A DNA stretch of 64,000 nt from Narcine bancroftii (GCF_036971445.1 NC_091482.1:46066001-46130000), one strand, 5' to 3'; shown: positions 10,680-23,718, numbered from the stretch's first letter. Made by a program: numbers and translations. The notes: generated by a model not told the origin, from the sequence alone.

Positions 10680-13419
10680 GTACGTGAGGACATTGTTCTC
10701 AGAGTGAAATATGTAAATGGTGAAACAGAAAGTGAAGGATCATCATTAACCAACCCAAGTTTTGGTTTAGGTCTGGCTCTAATATTTCTTGGACTATTAA
10801 TATTAATAAAGGTAACATGGCTATTTCTTGAGTGTTTGGCTGCAGCCTTGAGCGTATAATCCTTAAACTGTTGGTAAATCCAGGAAAAATATTACTTGCT
10901 GGCCATCAAGCTCTTCATAAGGTTTTCAGTCTATAAACAATGAAGCTCAAAGAATATTTTAATCATAAAGCAAACTATAAATTTGATTAACACTTTGAAA
11001 ACTCCATAATGCTGCAAATTAAATCTGCATTTGAATTATCAAGTTCAAAATTTTGAAGCAATTTGAGTGAAAATGATAAAAACAACTATAGATGTTCATG
11101 ATCAAAATTATAACTGAGATGGGTGGAAATAATTCAGCAGATCAGGCTGTACATCTGAAGGACTGAAATCTTTAATATATTGTATGTTTTTATGTCGTCA
11201 GGTAGGCAGAGGCAGATTTATTACCACCCAGGCCCCTAGGCTGGGCTTGAATAAGGACCCCCACCCCAGGTCCCTCTGACCCTGTCCCCCTGCCCCACAG
11301 TCCCCATCCTTTATTGAGTCAAATTAAGTGAAATTGTTCAATGCCCTCACATATTCTAAATTTATTTGCCGGGTATGTGCTGGGAATACACCAGTTGGTG
11401 TTTGGTTGTGGAATTGGACATTTTAGAGCCTGCAGTTTTGCACCGGCTCTCACATTTGGGAACGGATGTGGCATGTAATTTATTATAATTTTCATTAAAT
11501 AAATATTCCTGGATTAAGATTGTTTCTTAATGCTAACTGTCAGGCTACATCACTTTATTCACTTATTATTTTGGACTGGCTTATGAAACCTGCACTCGGG
11601 ACCCGGCTGTCGCTCTATCACATCAAGCTACCAACAAGGCACTATGGGCACTGGAGGCTGACTGGTGATGGTTGAGTCAATGAGCGATGAGTCAAAGGGA
11701 CCAGGGGACAGAGGTGAACTGGGTGGAGGGGAGTGGGGTGGGTGGAGGGGACGAGGAATAGAGGGTGATCAGGGATCATGAGAGGTTCGGGGTCCGGTCC
11801 CCAAACCCGGGACAACCTGCCTCCGCTACCCTCGGAAGGGTTCAGCAACAGGTTCCCTCCCACTGTCTGCCGCTGCTGCTTACTCACTGCCAAGTGCTGG
11901 TAAGCCTCTAGCGCCCGCAGTGCCACGTCGGTCAGGCTGACGTGATAGAGCAACAGCCACTGTCCTGAGTGCATGGACCCGCATGACAGCTTGAAGCACC
12001 ACCCCTCGCTTCATAATAAGTATAATAAGTGAATAAATTGTTGTAGCCAACTGTTAGCACCAAAACGTCCCAGTGCCAAACTTCATTAAAATCAAACAAA
12101 ACTTTATTTTATAGAAGCCAACTGCTAACCCCAAATAATTTGAAAAGTCTGTCAGTTCTAAAAAAACTTGATACAAAATAACACAGGAGAGGGAGAGTCT
12201 TTTTTTTAAAAGTGAATCTCAGCTCCACAGAAATATACTGATAGTTAAGAGTCTTTACCTCCTGTGGACGCTGCAAGACCTGCTGAGTTCCTCCAGCATT
12301 CCCGTATTTTTACTTTGTAAAAGAAGTGCGCCCCCCCCCCCCCACCTCAGGGTGCCCAGCACCCAGGTGTGAGAAAGCACAACTGACCGTTTTCATTGCC
12401 GAATCCAACAGGGAACGGGGAGAATAGGACACGTAGTGGTGAGTGACCTGGAGGTGGGTCCGAGATAGTGACAGGTTTCCGAAATGGAGCGTAAGAGGAA
12501 GATGTGGCGCGGGGATGAGTGGATGGGCGCTGTGCGGGATAATGTCATTACGGGAGATCACGTGGTTTCGTTGCAGTTTATGTATTCTTTTTAAGGCAGG
12601 CAAGATGGGACCGTTTCTGCACCACTCTGCATTGTGGGTACAAACGCTGACATCTCTCTTGCTCTACCCCTGCTCCGGCAGCATTGCACCCCCGTGACGG
12701 TTCTAATGGGCCCCCTTACCTTCGAGCTCGAGGCTTCAGCCTAATGGTTAATCCACCACTGTCGGTCAGAGAGCTGCACAGGAGAAACGCAGTAAACTTG
12801 ACTTCTTCACAGGGTAGGGGGCCCATAAACTTTGAGCAGAGTCCTAAGGCAAATAAAATGTTGAGAATGACTGGAATAAGATGCTGATTGAACTTTACAT
12901 AAAGAGCAATATGTATAATCAGCCTTCATGTTACTTTCAAAGCAAAATGAAGCTCAACAGTTTAAGAATTCTTCCATTCTGAACCAAGCCAGCAACCTTT
13001 TTGGAAGAGCCACCCGATGTATCATCCAACATGTATCTGGTTCCAGGGTAGAGGATCAATTGTCAAAAAATGATCCATCAAGATGTAATGACTTTCAGAT
13101 GGATGAAACAGCATCAGTTGCGAATATTTTACAGGAGAAGTTAAAAATTATTATTTTGTTTAAAGTGCTAATTGCTGAAATAAATCAGGAACATGGGGTT
13201 GGATTCTCATTTGTACCTTCAGCCATGTTTTGAAATGTTTAGAAATCTTGGATTGTTTTTGCAGAAGTTCACTGACAATAAAAATAAATTGATCAGGCTG
13301 CACTTGGCATTCTGGTCACCCAATTACAGGAAAGGTGTGAAGGCTTTGGAGAGTATACAGGTTTATCAGGGTGTTGCCTGGATCAGAGTCTGGACAAACT
13401 TGGGGTGTTTACTCGAGAG

Positions 13420-13790
13420 CAGTGGTTTTCAAACTTTTTCTTTCCACTCACATCCCACTTTAAGTAATCCCTAAGCCGTCGGTGCTCTGTGATTAGTAAG
13501 GGATTGCTTGAGGGGGTATGTGAGTAAAAAGGGAAGGTTGAGAATCACTGGTCTAGACCCAATTGTTACTGAAGTATTTTGCTTGAGAAAAATTGTCCTT
13601 GGTCCATACCCTTTGGAGTTATGAAATGGTGCAAATAACGATTTGGTGCAAAGGTACAATTAAAACCAAATTTTTTTCTTCCCAGTCACACACCACCTTA
13701 AGGAATCCTTTACTAATCACAGAGCACCTCTAGCATAGGGATTACTTAAAGTAGTATGTGAGTGGAAAGAAAAAAGTTTGAAAACCACTG
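13420..13790. mobile_element. Palindromic hAT-Charlie MITE
   Basis: TIR CAGTGGTTTTCAAAC/GTTTGAAAACCACTG; TSD CTCGAGAG/CTCTAGAG; same family as 38824 and 61808. Confidence 0.85.
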
Positions 13791-14037
13791 CTCTAGAGTG
13801 TTGGAGGTGGAGGGGAGACCATGTAGAAGTGTGTACAATCGTGAGAGACATGGATAAGGTGGTCAGTCAGAATCAGTCAGATTTACCCAGGGCAAAAGCA
13901 TCACTCACTGAAGGAAATGTGTGTAACGTGAGGGGGTAGAAATTTAAGGGAGAAGTGCAGGCCAAATATTTTACACAACTGCTGGGTGCCCGGAAAGACC
14001 CTGAGTGGAATAGTAACATTTAGAAGGGTTCTAGTTT

Positions 14038-14363
14038 TTTTAAAAAAAATTTATTTTTCACACTATGAACCATACTGACCAAAATACACACAAACATTTC
14101 CCTCTTGAATATACACAGTGTCATTTTCTCCCCTTTTCCCCCCTCCCTTCCCTTCCTCCTTTACCCCCCTCCCCACCCACTCAATGTTCAACATATATAA
14201 TACATTAAACCCATTAAACAATGTCATCACACAATGTTTTCGCTGTAAGAAGGAAACGGGAACAACAGTACATGCAATTTGGGCATGTGAGAAAGTGGAA
14301 ACGTTTTGGGAAGATCTAAACCAGGTATTAAATAAAATCACAAAAGCAACATACCAAAAAAGG
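14038..14363 (-). mobile_element. 5'-truncated, 5'-inverted L1
   Basis: Poly(T) and 3' UTR on minus joined to the ORF2 zinc-knuckle CFRCKKETGTTVHAIWAC on plus; TSD AGGGTTCTAGTTT. Confidence 0.8.
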
Positions 14364-14659
14364 AGGGTTCTAGTTTGACACATGAATGTGAAGGCGATGG
14401 AGGGATATCTACCAGGTGCAAGCAGCAGAATTTTAGTTTGATTTGGATATCATGTACCACACAGACATGTGGGTTGAATGGCCTGATCTGTGCTGCACTG
14501 CTCTGAATTCTCTGTTCTGTTGTATTGATTCAACGGAGTTTCATTTCATTGCCATGACTGCACCATAATTTAGTTAAGTTAAATAAAAAACAGTGAGCAA
14601 TAATTATTCATGTAGCAAGCATTGATCCAAAGGTAAAGCAGATTTTAAAAATGAACTGT

Positions 14660-14950
14660 AGATACACTGCACGGTAACAGGCGCCACTCAATTACACCCA
14701 AATGATCTCCACGCCCAGTACGTTTTGAAGGATGGGAGGAAACTGGAGCCCCCGGGAAAAACCCACGCAGACACAGGGAGAAAGTGCACAGAGAGCGCTG
14801 GATTCGAATCCTGGTCTCGATTGCTGGCGCTGTAACAGCGTTGCACTAACCACTACCCAATACATAAAAACTCCTTTCAGACAGCATGGACTCGAACTTG
14901 GGTCAGTGGCACTGGAACAGCTTTGCACTAAACACTCCGTTAACCATGCC
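14660..14950 (-). mobile_element. HE1-like V-SINE (plus a partial second head)
   Basis: Reverse-complement V-domain GGGAGGAAACTGGAGCCCCCGGGAAAAACCCACGCAGACACAGGGAGA. Confidence 0.75.
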
Positions 14951-15544
14951 ATTCTTTTATAGAGATTAACAATGGGGATATATCCAGATTTCCCAATATA
15001 TCAAATGCAAGTATTTCCACTATCATTGGGTTAAAAGGAATAATCAGCTCTCCCCAGCGGGGGGGGGGGGGTAAGTTGTGTTATGGTTGCATCAATACCA
15101 TTACAATGTGGTATCAGGATGAACTCCAAATAGCCTCCAAATAGTACACAAATGTGGAAGAGAACCAGTGACATCAATGCTCATATCAGCTGCTTCTCCT
15201 GACCGGGACATCAGCCATCAGTGCCAGTGGGTGTGAATTGGGGCAGGAAGGTGCAGGTGAGGCTCTGGAGCAACCACTGAGCTGGGAGGCAGGGGGTTGG
15301 GGCTGGTCAGGCAGTGATTGGCAGGTCGTATGAATGTGGCTGTAGGAGTACCCAAGGATGGAGGTGAATAAACTGAATCCCATTGCAGGACTCCACATCA
15401 GAGCTCTGGAATCAGATCATAGTGCTCTGGTGGGGTAGGGGCGGTGGTGGGGGGGGGGGAGATGGCCATCAACAGGTGCCCCTGGACAACATAATCCACA
15501 TTCCCTGTAACGGTCCAATGGAGAATGATCCTGCAATGGTATCA

Positions 15545-15690
15545 GTAAACACACCATGCTAGAGAAACTCAGCATAGCAAAGATAAAGGTACATAACCAA
15601 CCTTCATCAGAGTAAAGGACACTGTTTGACCTGCTGAGTTTCTCCAGTATTGTGTTTTTACTTCAACCACAGTGTCTGCAGACTTTTATA
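15545..15690. mobile_element. Short hairpin-type Penelope pseudo-LTR remnant
   Basis: GAGAAACTCAGCA...CTTCATCAG...CCTGCTGAGTTTCTCCAG inverted arms. Confidence 0.6.
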
Positions 15691-16108
15691 TTTTACTTCT
15701 GTGTGGTATCAGGATTGTTGTGTTCACTCATGATAAAAAAGGTTACTTGGATAAATTGTCAGAATGACACAAAACAACACAGAAAATTTTGCTTTTATAT
15801 TTCACTCGTGAGAAAGAAAATGGATTTTCAATTGTAAAAGAGAATAACAATGGAATCAAATCTCCAGACAGATAGTTATGAATTATGATACATACACACC
15901 CATTAGATAAGTCTCACAGAGTAAGATTCCCTGAAATTATCATTAATGTATATGAACTTGAGGCTGGGAGCTAAACTTTATATTCTACTGAATATAAATG
16001 CTCTTAAATGTTCACTGAACTTCATATATGCAAGTTTACACAAGCAACAAGTACCATCAGGAGTCACTTAGGTCTAAACGTTCATTTTATTGCCAAATAA
16101 TTTTAAAA

Positions 16109-16314
16109 TGTGGAGCGGTGCTATGGCGGCACTACAACTCCCAGAAGGCATCCAAACAGCTATGTGATCTCAGTGCATGATGACATCAGTGCGCCAGGCA
16201 CATGATTCGGGCTTTAAAAAGTTTGTGTGTTTTGAAGAGTAAATCCGTTTGCTTCGCTCTAAAAACACCTCGTGTGGTTATTTCATCGTGTCCACTGTGA
16301 TTCCAGTGGCCACA
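16109..16314 (+). mobile_element. Short solo LTR (Gypsy-type)
   Basis: TGTGG...CCACA termini, TTTAAAA box and AGTAAA poly(A)-like signal; TSD imperfect. Confidence 0.6.
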
Positions 16315-16628
16315 AAAGCAATATGTTGCTGCACTTCACTTGGTGCCTTTTCCATGCAAAATAATTTTATTCTCCCCTCCTGTCTCCATTCTTCTTCGCT
16401 TTGTTTTTTTTTACTTACCTTCGCCAGAGGAAGTTTGGGATTGTTTTTCAACTACACGTGAATTAACCAGTCAAAGCAGCTCCTCCTCTCTCCCAGCCTC
16501 TCGCCTTTCAGAAATGCCTCCATCCATTCCTCTTTCAGGGATCTTCAGCCTTCACAATGGGAGGGTGTTTATTGGGAGCTCCAATCCGCTGCTACAATCC
16601 TGCACAACAGTGTCGAATTAATATCCCT

Positions 16629-17250
16629 GCTACGAGGCCAGAGGACTCCAAAGACCAGCAGCAACAGAAATTCACCAAGACAATGGCTATTTAACAAAAT
16701 TGGTTTTATTTTCCAACTACAGAATAAGATAAATGTTTAACTTATCACCTATTAAATTACTGAACTTAACCCTCTCTTAATTCTAAGCGCATGTGTGTGG
16801 GTGTGTTTGTGTGTGAAGATGGTTCTTTTTCACTGTCCAATCATTTACTGTTCATGTCTCCAAGTTCACTTGATCAGGCAGTTTTCAGTACTGTGCAGAG
16901 GACCAAACAGTCACTACATTCAATAGGCTCTGGCGCCGTAACTTAAGTTGTTTCCAGACAGGAAGGTTTTTGGTAGGTGCAGAGAGGTTTGTTGTTCTTG
17001 GGCACCCAAACTGATTTCCTTCAAGCAGCAACAAAGTGTCTTACTGAAGAAAAATGCCTTCTTCTTCCAGGTTACCGCAAAGAGTTCTTCTCTTCCCCTA
17101 TTTCAGGTTAAACATGACAACCAGCTGTGACGGAGATTTTGAATAGGCTGAACTCAGAACTCAAAACCCTTCTTGAAATGGGGTCTTTAGCAGGCTTTTC
17201 ACTCTTCAGCCTTGCACTGACTGCTGGAGCTTTTATCTTCCTCTGTCTCT
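16629..17250 (-). mobile_element. Partial diverged LTR related to long family A
   Basis: Similar to 34754-35200 (CAGCAACAGAAATTCACCAAGACAA, TTCTAAGCGCA, CCAAGTTCACT). Confidence 0.65.
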
Positions 17251-17595
17251 CTTTTTGTTTCATTTTCAGTTTTCTGTGATTCCAGTGGCCACAAAAGCAA
17301 TGTGATGTTTGCTTGTGAAAAGTGGCCTAAACTACCTAATCTTTTTCCCCTTTTAAACAGACATTTTATGAACTTATCCCGTTACACCTCATTGTCATGA
17401 CTTTGTTATTTGTAGAATCAGCATACAGTTTACCCACTACCATCTGGGTAGACATTTTTAAACCCTTCTCAACTCCATAGAAACCAATGCAAAAGTATTT
17501 ATTGTCCAATTTGCAAACAATTCACTGACTGTATTCTTTCCTCTGGCACTCAGAGAACTGTCCATTTTTTAATAGTCCTGGCCACTTGATGGTAA

Positions 17596-17830
17596 GGGTG
17601 GAACAGTCAGTGTAGTGCTCAGTACAACCCTATTACAGCGCCAGCAACTTGGATACAATTCTGGCTCTATCTGTAAGGAGTTTGCACGTTTCCCCCGTGA
17701 CCACGTGGGTTTCCTCCGGGTGCTCTGGTTTCGACCCACATTTCAAAGATGTATGACCTTAGTAGGTTATCTGGTTCTAGCTGGATGGGGCTCATGGGCC
17801 AGAAGGGCCTGTTACTGGGCTGTCAAAAAA
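17596..17830 (+). mobile_element. HE1-like V-SINE
   Basis: V-domain CTGTAAGGAGTTTGCACGTTTCCCCCGTGACCACGTGGGTTTCCTCCGGGTGCTC. Confidence 0.8.
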
Positions 17831-17959
17831 ATTAAATCTCCTAGGCCGTGCCTTGTGATGGAAGTTGACAATTCCCCTTCAGCTTTGTGGTGCCTGAGCT
17901 GGCTGATGAAGACTCTGCAGGGATCCCAGTTTCTGGATGAGGCAGTTGATGGCTCATGG

Positions 17960-18500
17960 GGCATGTAGATGAATAGTTTGCTCCTTTCCCCACTTGCACT
18001 TGATTTCCTTGTGTGTATGAAGCTCTCAAGAGTCTCGATAACATCCTGAAAGCTCCTTTGCCATTTTGAGCAGTCATGGGATGGAAAGTCCTGGAAGTCA
18101 GTGGGGATGTCTTGGTTCTTTGAGATGGTTTTAAGCACATCCTTGAATCCTTTTCCACCAAGAAAGGAACTGTTTTGGAAGTTTGATGTTGAGCATTCAA
18201 ACAACATGGCTTAACCTACATTGCCAAGTAAGCTGTAAATAGGATTGTAATACCATGGATATTTATCTTGGAGAGGACACCAACGTTGGTTGGCCATCCC
18301 TGAATTTGAATGTTGGTGGGATCTTCCTTGTTGTTTTGAGATAGTGGAACAGGTTGAGCAGGTGTCAGGTATAAGAGGGCAGCTTGTAGTATGTACGTTT
18401 TAAGTTGGGTCTCAGATCTTGAATTAGTTCCAATTTGATGATGAAGGTTCATGGGTTTGCTTGTATCATGTACACACCAGTTACTGCACAGGGGAATGAT
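17960..18500 (-). mobile_element. RTE-clade LINE 3' fragment
   Basis: Minus translation GGKGFKDVLK...KWQRSFQDVIETLE resembles the RTE C-terminus. Confidence 0.55.
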
Positions 18501-18627
18501 GAACGCATTCAAGGTGACTTGAGATGCAAGAGACTGGACTTTGCTTTCCTTACCCCACTGTTCCTAACTGTCCATCATCCCTCCTTTAGTTGAATCCACT
18601 TCCTTACTTCTCAGACTCCATAATCTG

Positions 18628-18850
18628 CGGCACAGTTGATGCAAATCTGTAACCGCGCCAGCGAACGGAATCTGTAAGGAGTTTGTACATTCTCGCCGTG
18701 TCTGCGTGGGGTTTTCCTGGGGGCTCCAGTTTCCTCCCACCATTCAAAACGTACCAGGGGTGGGGTGTAGGTTAATTGGGTGTAGATCGGGCGGCACAGA
18801 CTCGTGGGCAGAAATGGCCTGTTACTGGGCTGTATTTCTAAATTTGAATT
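18628..18850 (+). mobile_element. HE1-like V-SINE
   Basis: V-domain and CR1-like tail. Confidence 0.75.
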
Positions 18851-19054
18851 TAAATAATCTGCAGTCCTTTGTTCCCTCCACATCACCCTGCACATTGTGT
18901 CGTCCCCCCCACCCCAGCCTCTGTCATTATCTCCATCCCTCCCCCTCACCTGTCTCCATCTGCTCCTCAGTCTCTCCCCACCTGTATCATTCCCCTCACC
19001 TTGTGTACGCTGGGTATCTCCTCTTTGCCCTCATATTCCTGCTGCAGGGTCTCA

Positions 19055-19690
19055 GAAGCAGAACCAGAATTTATTCTCATGAACGTATCGTGAAATTTGT
19101 CATTTTGCAGCAGCATCTTTAGTGCAAACATTCGTATGAACCACCTTACAAAATAAATTAAAATAGTGCAAGCAAAAGAAAAAGGCAAAATGAGGCAGTG
19201 TCTGTGGTTCATTGTTCATTCAGAGGGGAAGAAGCTGTCCTTGTGCCACTGGGTGCTCATCTTCAGGCTCTTGTACCTTTTTCCCAATGGTACCATAGTG
19301 AAGAGGGCATTGCCAGGGTGGTGAGGGGTCCTTGACATCAGAGGTTGCTTTGTTTAGACACCACCTCTTGTCGAGGTCCTCGATGGAGTTAACGACCCTA
19401 TGGAATTTTTTATTGTCCTGATCATTGGCAACTAGCCAGAATGCTCTCCATGGGACACCTGTAGTTTTTGAGAGTCTTCGGTGACGTACCGAATCTCCTC
19501 TAACTCCTCACAAAGTATAGCCGCTGGCGAGTCTTCTTCATGATTGCGTTGACATGGAGGCTCCAGGACAGATCCTCAGAGATGTTGACACCCAGGAATT
19601 TGAAGCCCGACCCTCTCCACTGCTGACCCTTTGATGAGGGCAAGTTCATGTTCTCCTGATTTCCTCCTGAATTCCACAGTCGTCTCCTTG
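19055..19690 (-). mobile_element. Rex-Babar LINE 3' fragment
   Basis: Minus strand encodes FKFLGVNISEDLSWSLHVNAIMKKTRQRLYFVRS-type motif. Confidence 0.75.
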
Positions 19691-20144
19691 GTCTCGTCCC
19701 GAGACGTCAACCATCTCTTTCCCTCCACAGATACTGCCTGACTCACTGGATCAGAAAATTTATTGTCATGAACAAGTCACAAAATTCCTCCAGATGTCTG
19801 TTCTTTACATTCACTGGTGCTGACTGCAGAGACGCCGAGTGCAGACAGAACCTGTCATCAGTCAGTGGGCAACCTGATTGTGAAGCCACCCCTGCCCCTG
19901 TGTTCAATGATGCAGCCAGGCCGTGTGTTAATCACACATGGAGAAGTACATGTTAAGCTGCAGGGTTGTCCCTTTCAGCACTGTTTAAGGGGATCCGTGG
20001 TGATTGGTTAGTTGCTGCATGTTTTCTTTTGGGTGTTGCTTTGATTGAAGGGACATTGAACGAGGGGACATGGACTCACAGAACCAGAATTAGAAAGCAT
20101 GGCCTCAAGGTTCAGGGGATAGATTTAGGATGGAGATAAGAAGG

Positions 20145-20738
20145 AGGTTTAGGATGCCATGGCTAGGGTCCTAACAGGTGCCAAGAAGAGGGACCATATC
20201 ACCCCAATTCTGGCCTCCCTTCAATGGCTGCCAGTGCAGCTCAGAATCAACTTCAAGCATCTGCTAATTACATACAAGGCCCTCAATGACCTTGTTTCCC
20301 CCCCCCCCCCCACCCCACCATATTTCCAATCTGCTTACACTCCACTCCCAAGCAGCTCAGGTCAGCTACCGCAGGATGCCTGGCTGTTCCTTGCACTAAG
20401 TGCACACAAGGGGGAGACTGGGCCTTTGTGGTTGTGGCCCCCAAACTGCGGAACAGCATTCCCCTGACCATTAAACTCTCCCCCTCCTCAACTGCTTTAA
20501 ATCCATGTTAAAAACGTACCTTCTGTCATTAGCGTTTAACATCTGAAACCCTTTGTACATTCCTAACCTCCGACAGGGCTGCATTTTTCATTGCAATTGT
20601 GGTCTATTTATAACATCTTAATCTGTTGTTCTGTAAATAGTTGTACTAGTTTTGATCAATTGCCTTGGTTTGTACAGCATTTTTGGAAATGCAAGTTGGA
20701 AAAAAATATGCTATATAAATAAAGAACTTGAACTTGAG
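20145..20738 (+). mobile_element. L2 LINE 3' fragment inserted in a CR1 fragment (about 20090-20950)
   Basis: ARVLTGAKKRDHITPILASLQWLPVQLRINFKHLLITYKALN is the L2 C-terminal signature; AATAAA and (AACTTG) tail. Confidence 0.8.
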
Positions 20739-21059
20739 CTGTTTTTCCCGAGAGTAGTGGATCTGTGGAATCCTCTTCCCATGGAAAGGTGGTAAAGGCA
20801 TGGTTAGTTAGACTATTGCAAAGTTAGAAATTAAGAGTTGTGGGGCAAAGGCAGGTAGGTGGGACTGAATCCACGGCCACATCAGCCGTGACCTTGTTGA
20901 ATAGGGGAGCATTTACCACGCCGCATGGCCACCTCCTGCTCCAATTCCTTGCGGAAGGCCTGGCCTCCGGACTTCCTGAAAGAAGCTAAAGCCTCCTCTG
21001 AGGGGCTGTTAACCGAGGGACTTTGCCTTCACTCTGACTTCCACAGCCACAGGTTGAGC

Positions 21060-21790
21060 ATGAATGGGGGGAAGACATGGCGAGGAAAATGGTCGGAGGA
21101 CTCATGTGACTCACAGTGTGGGGACAGGCCGCCAGCCAAGGATAAGGAGCAGGCAGGGACAGGATCCTCAGCAGACCTCAGAGAGGAACACAGGTGTCAC
21201 CTGTACTCCTATTGGGACACTCTGCCACGAGCTCCAACTTCAGAGGAGTCCATTACCAGTGATCGGTATGTTTACTCTTCAAGATACCTGGAACACGTCA
21301 CAGGCAGTACAACACAGGTTACCAATGGTTCATTTTCCAAAGGAACTGTCTTCATTGCATTTAATTCACTCTTGCCTGCAAGCAGAGGACAGAGAAAGCT
21401 CCCAGGGCAGGAGTGCAGATGTGCCACCAAGCCGCTGAGTGACCACTCACTGGTCAGTTCATGAAAATTCAAAACAGCAGATTCTGCAAACCTGAAATAA
21501 AGCAGCAACCCCGGAAACACTCTGCATCCGACAAGTGTTCTGATCGTCCTCTGTTTTTAGGTCAGCGGTCGAAGGGCTTTCACTCTGTAACCAGCCTGTC
21601 AGCCCCCAGTGTCGTCTGTAATCCCCACACACACACACACACACACACGAGCAGCAAGCAATGTCCAACAGGAGCCATGGAAAACCAGATCCTCTACTCA
21701 GGTCATGCTGGAGTTACGTCTTCCGGACAATCAAGACCCCATTCACTGAATTTGAGGATATTTCAATCCCAAGAGGCAAAGTGACCACTA
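21060..21790 (+). mobile_element. Heavily decayed LINE RT fragment, possibly RTE
   Basis: Faint similarity to the RTE RT region; no intact frame. Confidence 0.3.
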
Positions 21791-21795
21791 CTTAC

Positions 21796-22036
21796 TGTGA
21801 CAGAGTATAGAGAGGTGTTTGGGAGATAAATTGGGAAAGGTTTGTTAGAGCAGGTCACACACAAAAGCAGGAGCTTTTGCAAGAGAGCTCAGATTCATGA
21901 TGGACTGTCATTTGCAAAAGGCAACAAATGTAACAACAGGCAGTAGCATCTTTGTCTGGAAAAAAGAATTTACTATCTGGAAGGTCATGTGATCTTTGCA
22001 GGCAGAGAGCCCAAAAAAACAGGCTTTGCTCTCGGA

Positions 22037-22085
<49 letters not shown>

Positions 22086-22576
22086 GAGACACAGACATCG
22101 GTTCCAGAGGAACAAGCTGGCAAGCTTTGGAAGACGGCCTGGTCAAAGGAGAGGACTACTGGCTGTCTGGTGTTTCCCTTGGAATAGGAGAAACAGAAAG
22201 GAACTTTGTGGTGAACTGAAACAAGAAAAACTCTCTCGCTGAAGACCAACAAGAACCCTTCTGAGTGGTAACCACTTACCTGTTAAGCACCAAAAGCCTG
22301 GTGAACTTTACTAATGTTAACTTCTGTGCACAGTACAAGAATTGCCTGCAATCAGTGAGACTGGACTTTGAACCAAAGAACTTTGCTGAACTTACACACA
22401 CGTGCGCTTAGAATTAGAGGTGGGTTAAGTAGGTTAAGTGAGTCAATCGAAATAAGTTAAAGTTTGATTCTATTTTCACGTTCAAAGATAATTAAAAGCA
22501 AATTTTGTTTAAGTGACCCTTTGTCATGGTGCATATCTATTGCTGCTGGGTTTTGAGCTCTTCTGGGCTCATAACA
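21796..22576 (+). mobile_element. Solo LTR, long family A
   Basis: TGTGACAGAG...ATAACA termini; perfect 4-bp TSD TTAC; internal (GA)n at about 22042-22083. Confidence 0.9.
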
Positions 22577-22588
22577 TTACTTATAGAA

Positions 22589-22792
22589 TGTGATAAACCA
22601 TCATTAGCTGCTGCTGGCTGGACACGCCTCCTGAGACCGATCCTACTCATTCCTACTCATAGCCCTTTGCAATGCTCCCCATTCCACCCTGTCTTGATCA
22701 GTCAATGAGGCTGATGGCTGTTCCAGTCTATAGTTAATAAAAGCCGGTCAGTTTCACAACTTCAGTCTTTTGTCATTATTGATGGTGCATCA
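22589..22792 (+). mobile_element. Short solo Gypsy LTR
   Basis: TGTGATAAA...AATAAAAGCC...TTATTGATGGTGCATCA; same architecture as the LTRs at 27662 and 62690. Confidence 0.7.
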
Positions 22793-23444
22793 CAGAGATA
22801 GCCTGTTCATGCATGGGAAAAACCCTTCTCACTGTACTTGGTATTATGTGGCAAACCAACTTCAACATCATGATCCTGAAGTTCGATGAGAGCAGACTAC
22901 CGCATCATTGGAGAAAAGGTCTTCAAAATGCAACATGACAAAACAGAAAAGGGACTATTTCTAACAGTGATAAATACGTAGTGGTCCCTTTCTCTCTTGG
23001 GATTTCTATATCCTCAAATTCAGTGAATGGGGTGAGCATTATGTGAGTTTAATAAACTTACATTTGACAACTTTAAGATGGCACAGAGATGCAGCGGTTA
23101 GTGACACTGCATCACAACTCCAGAGACCTGCATTTGACCTTCATCCTGATTGCTGTCTTTGCAGAGTCTGCATGCTCTCCCCGTGACTTTGTGTGTTTAC
23201 CTGGGTACTTTATTTTTCTTCCACATGCGATGGTTGGTCAGGTCATTGACTGCTGGAAATTGTCCCCAGTGCAGGTCGGTGAATGGAGAATTACAAGGTT
23301 GTGATTGAGAGAGAATGCATCACAAAGAAATAAATTGGGGAATGGGAGTGAATCTGAGAACCAACGTGGCCTCGCAAAATCAAATGGCCTCCTTCTGTGT
23401 TCATTATAAAATATACAAATAACAATTTAGCTCAGAGAGGAATA

Positions 23445-23718
23445 AAGCACGAAAGTCTGCAAATGCAAGATTTGACAGAGAACTTTCTGAACTATGTTGT
23501 AATAACACAATGCTGGAGAATCTCAGCAGGTCAAACAGAGGACATTATGTAGCAAAGGTAGAGATACAGTGTGATTTATAACAATAAAAATATTGTTCGG
23601 GCGCCTGCCTACATTTTGCTCATACCTTGATGAGCCCAAAACATCAGTTCTGTATCTACCTTTCCTACATAAAGGTCACTGTTTGACCTGCTGAGTTGCT
23701 CCAGTGTTGTGTTTTTAC
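23445..23718. mobile_element. Hairpin-type Penelope pseudo-LTR remnant
   Basis: Inverted arms GCTGGAGAATCTCAGCAGGTCAAACAG / CTGTTTGACCTGCTGAGTTGCTCCAG. Confidence 0.65.

Larger units (their letters stand above)
13290..14520 (+). mobile_element. CR1 LINE 3' fragment hosting a nested hAT MITE and an L1
   Basis: FWSPNYRKGVKALE-like motif and CR1 3' UTR ending GAATGGCCTG..CTGTGCTG. Confidence 0.65.

Noticed and set aside
16585-16630. NPA-coding triplets as aquaporin exon 3
   Set aside because: Context RCYNPAQQC lacks GxH before and the hydrophobic helix after.
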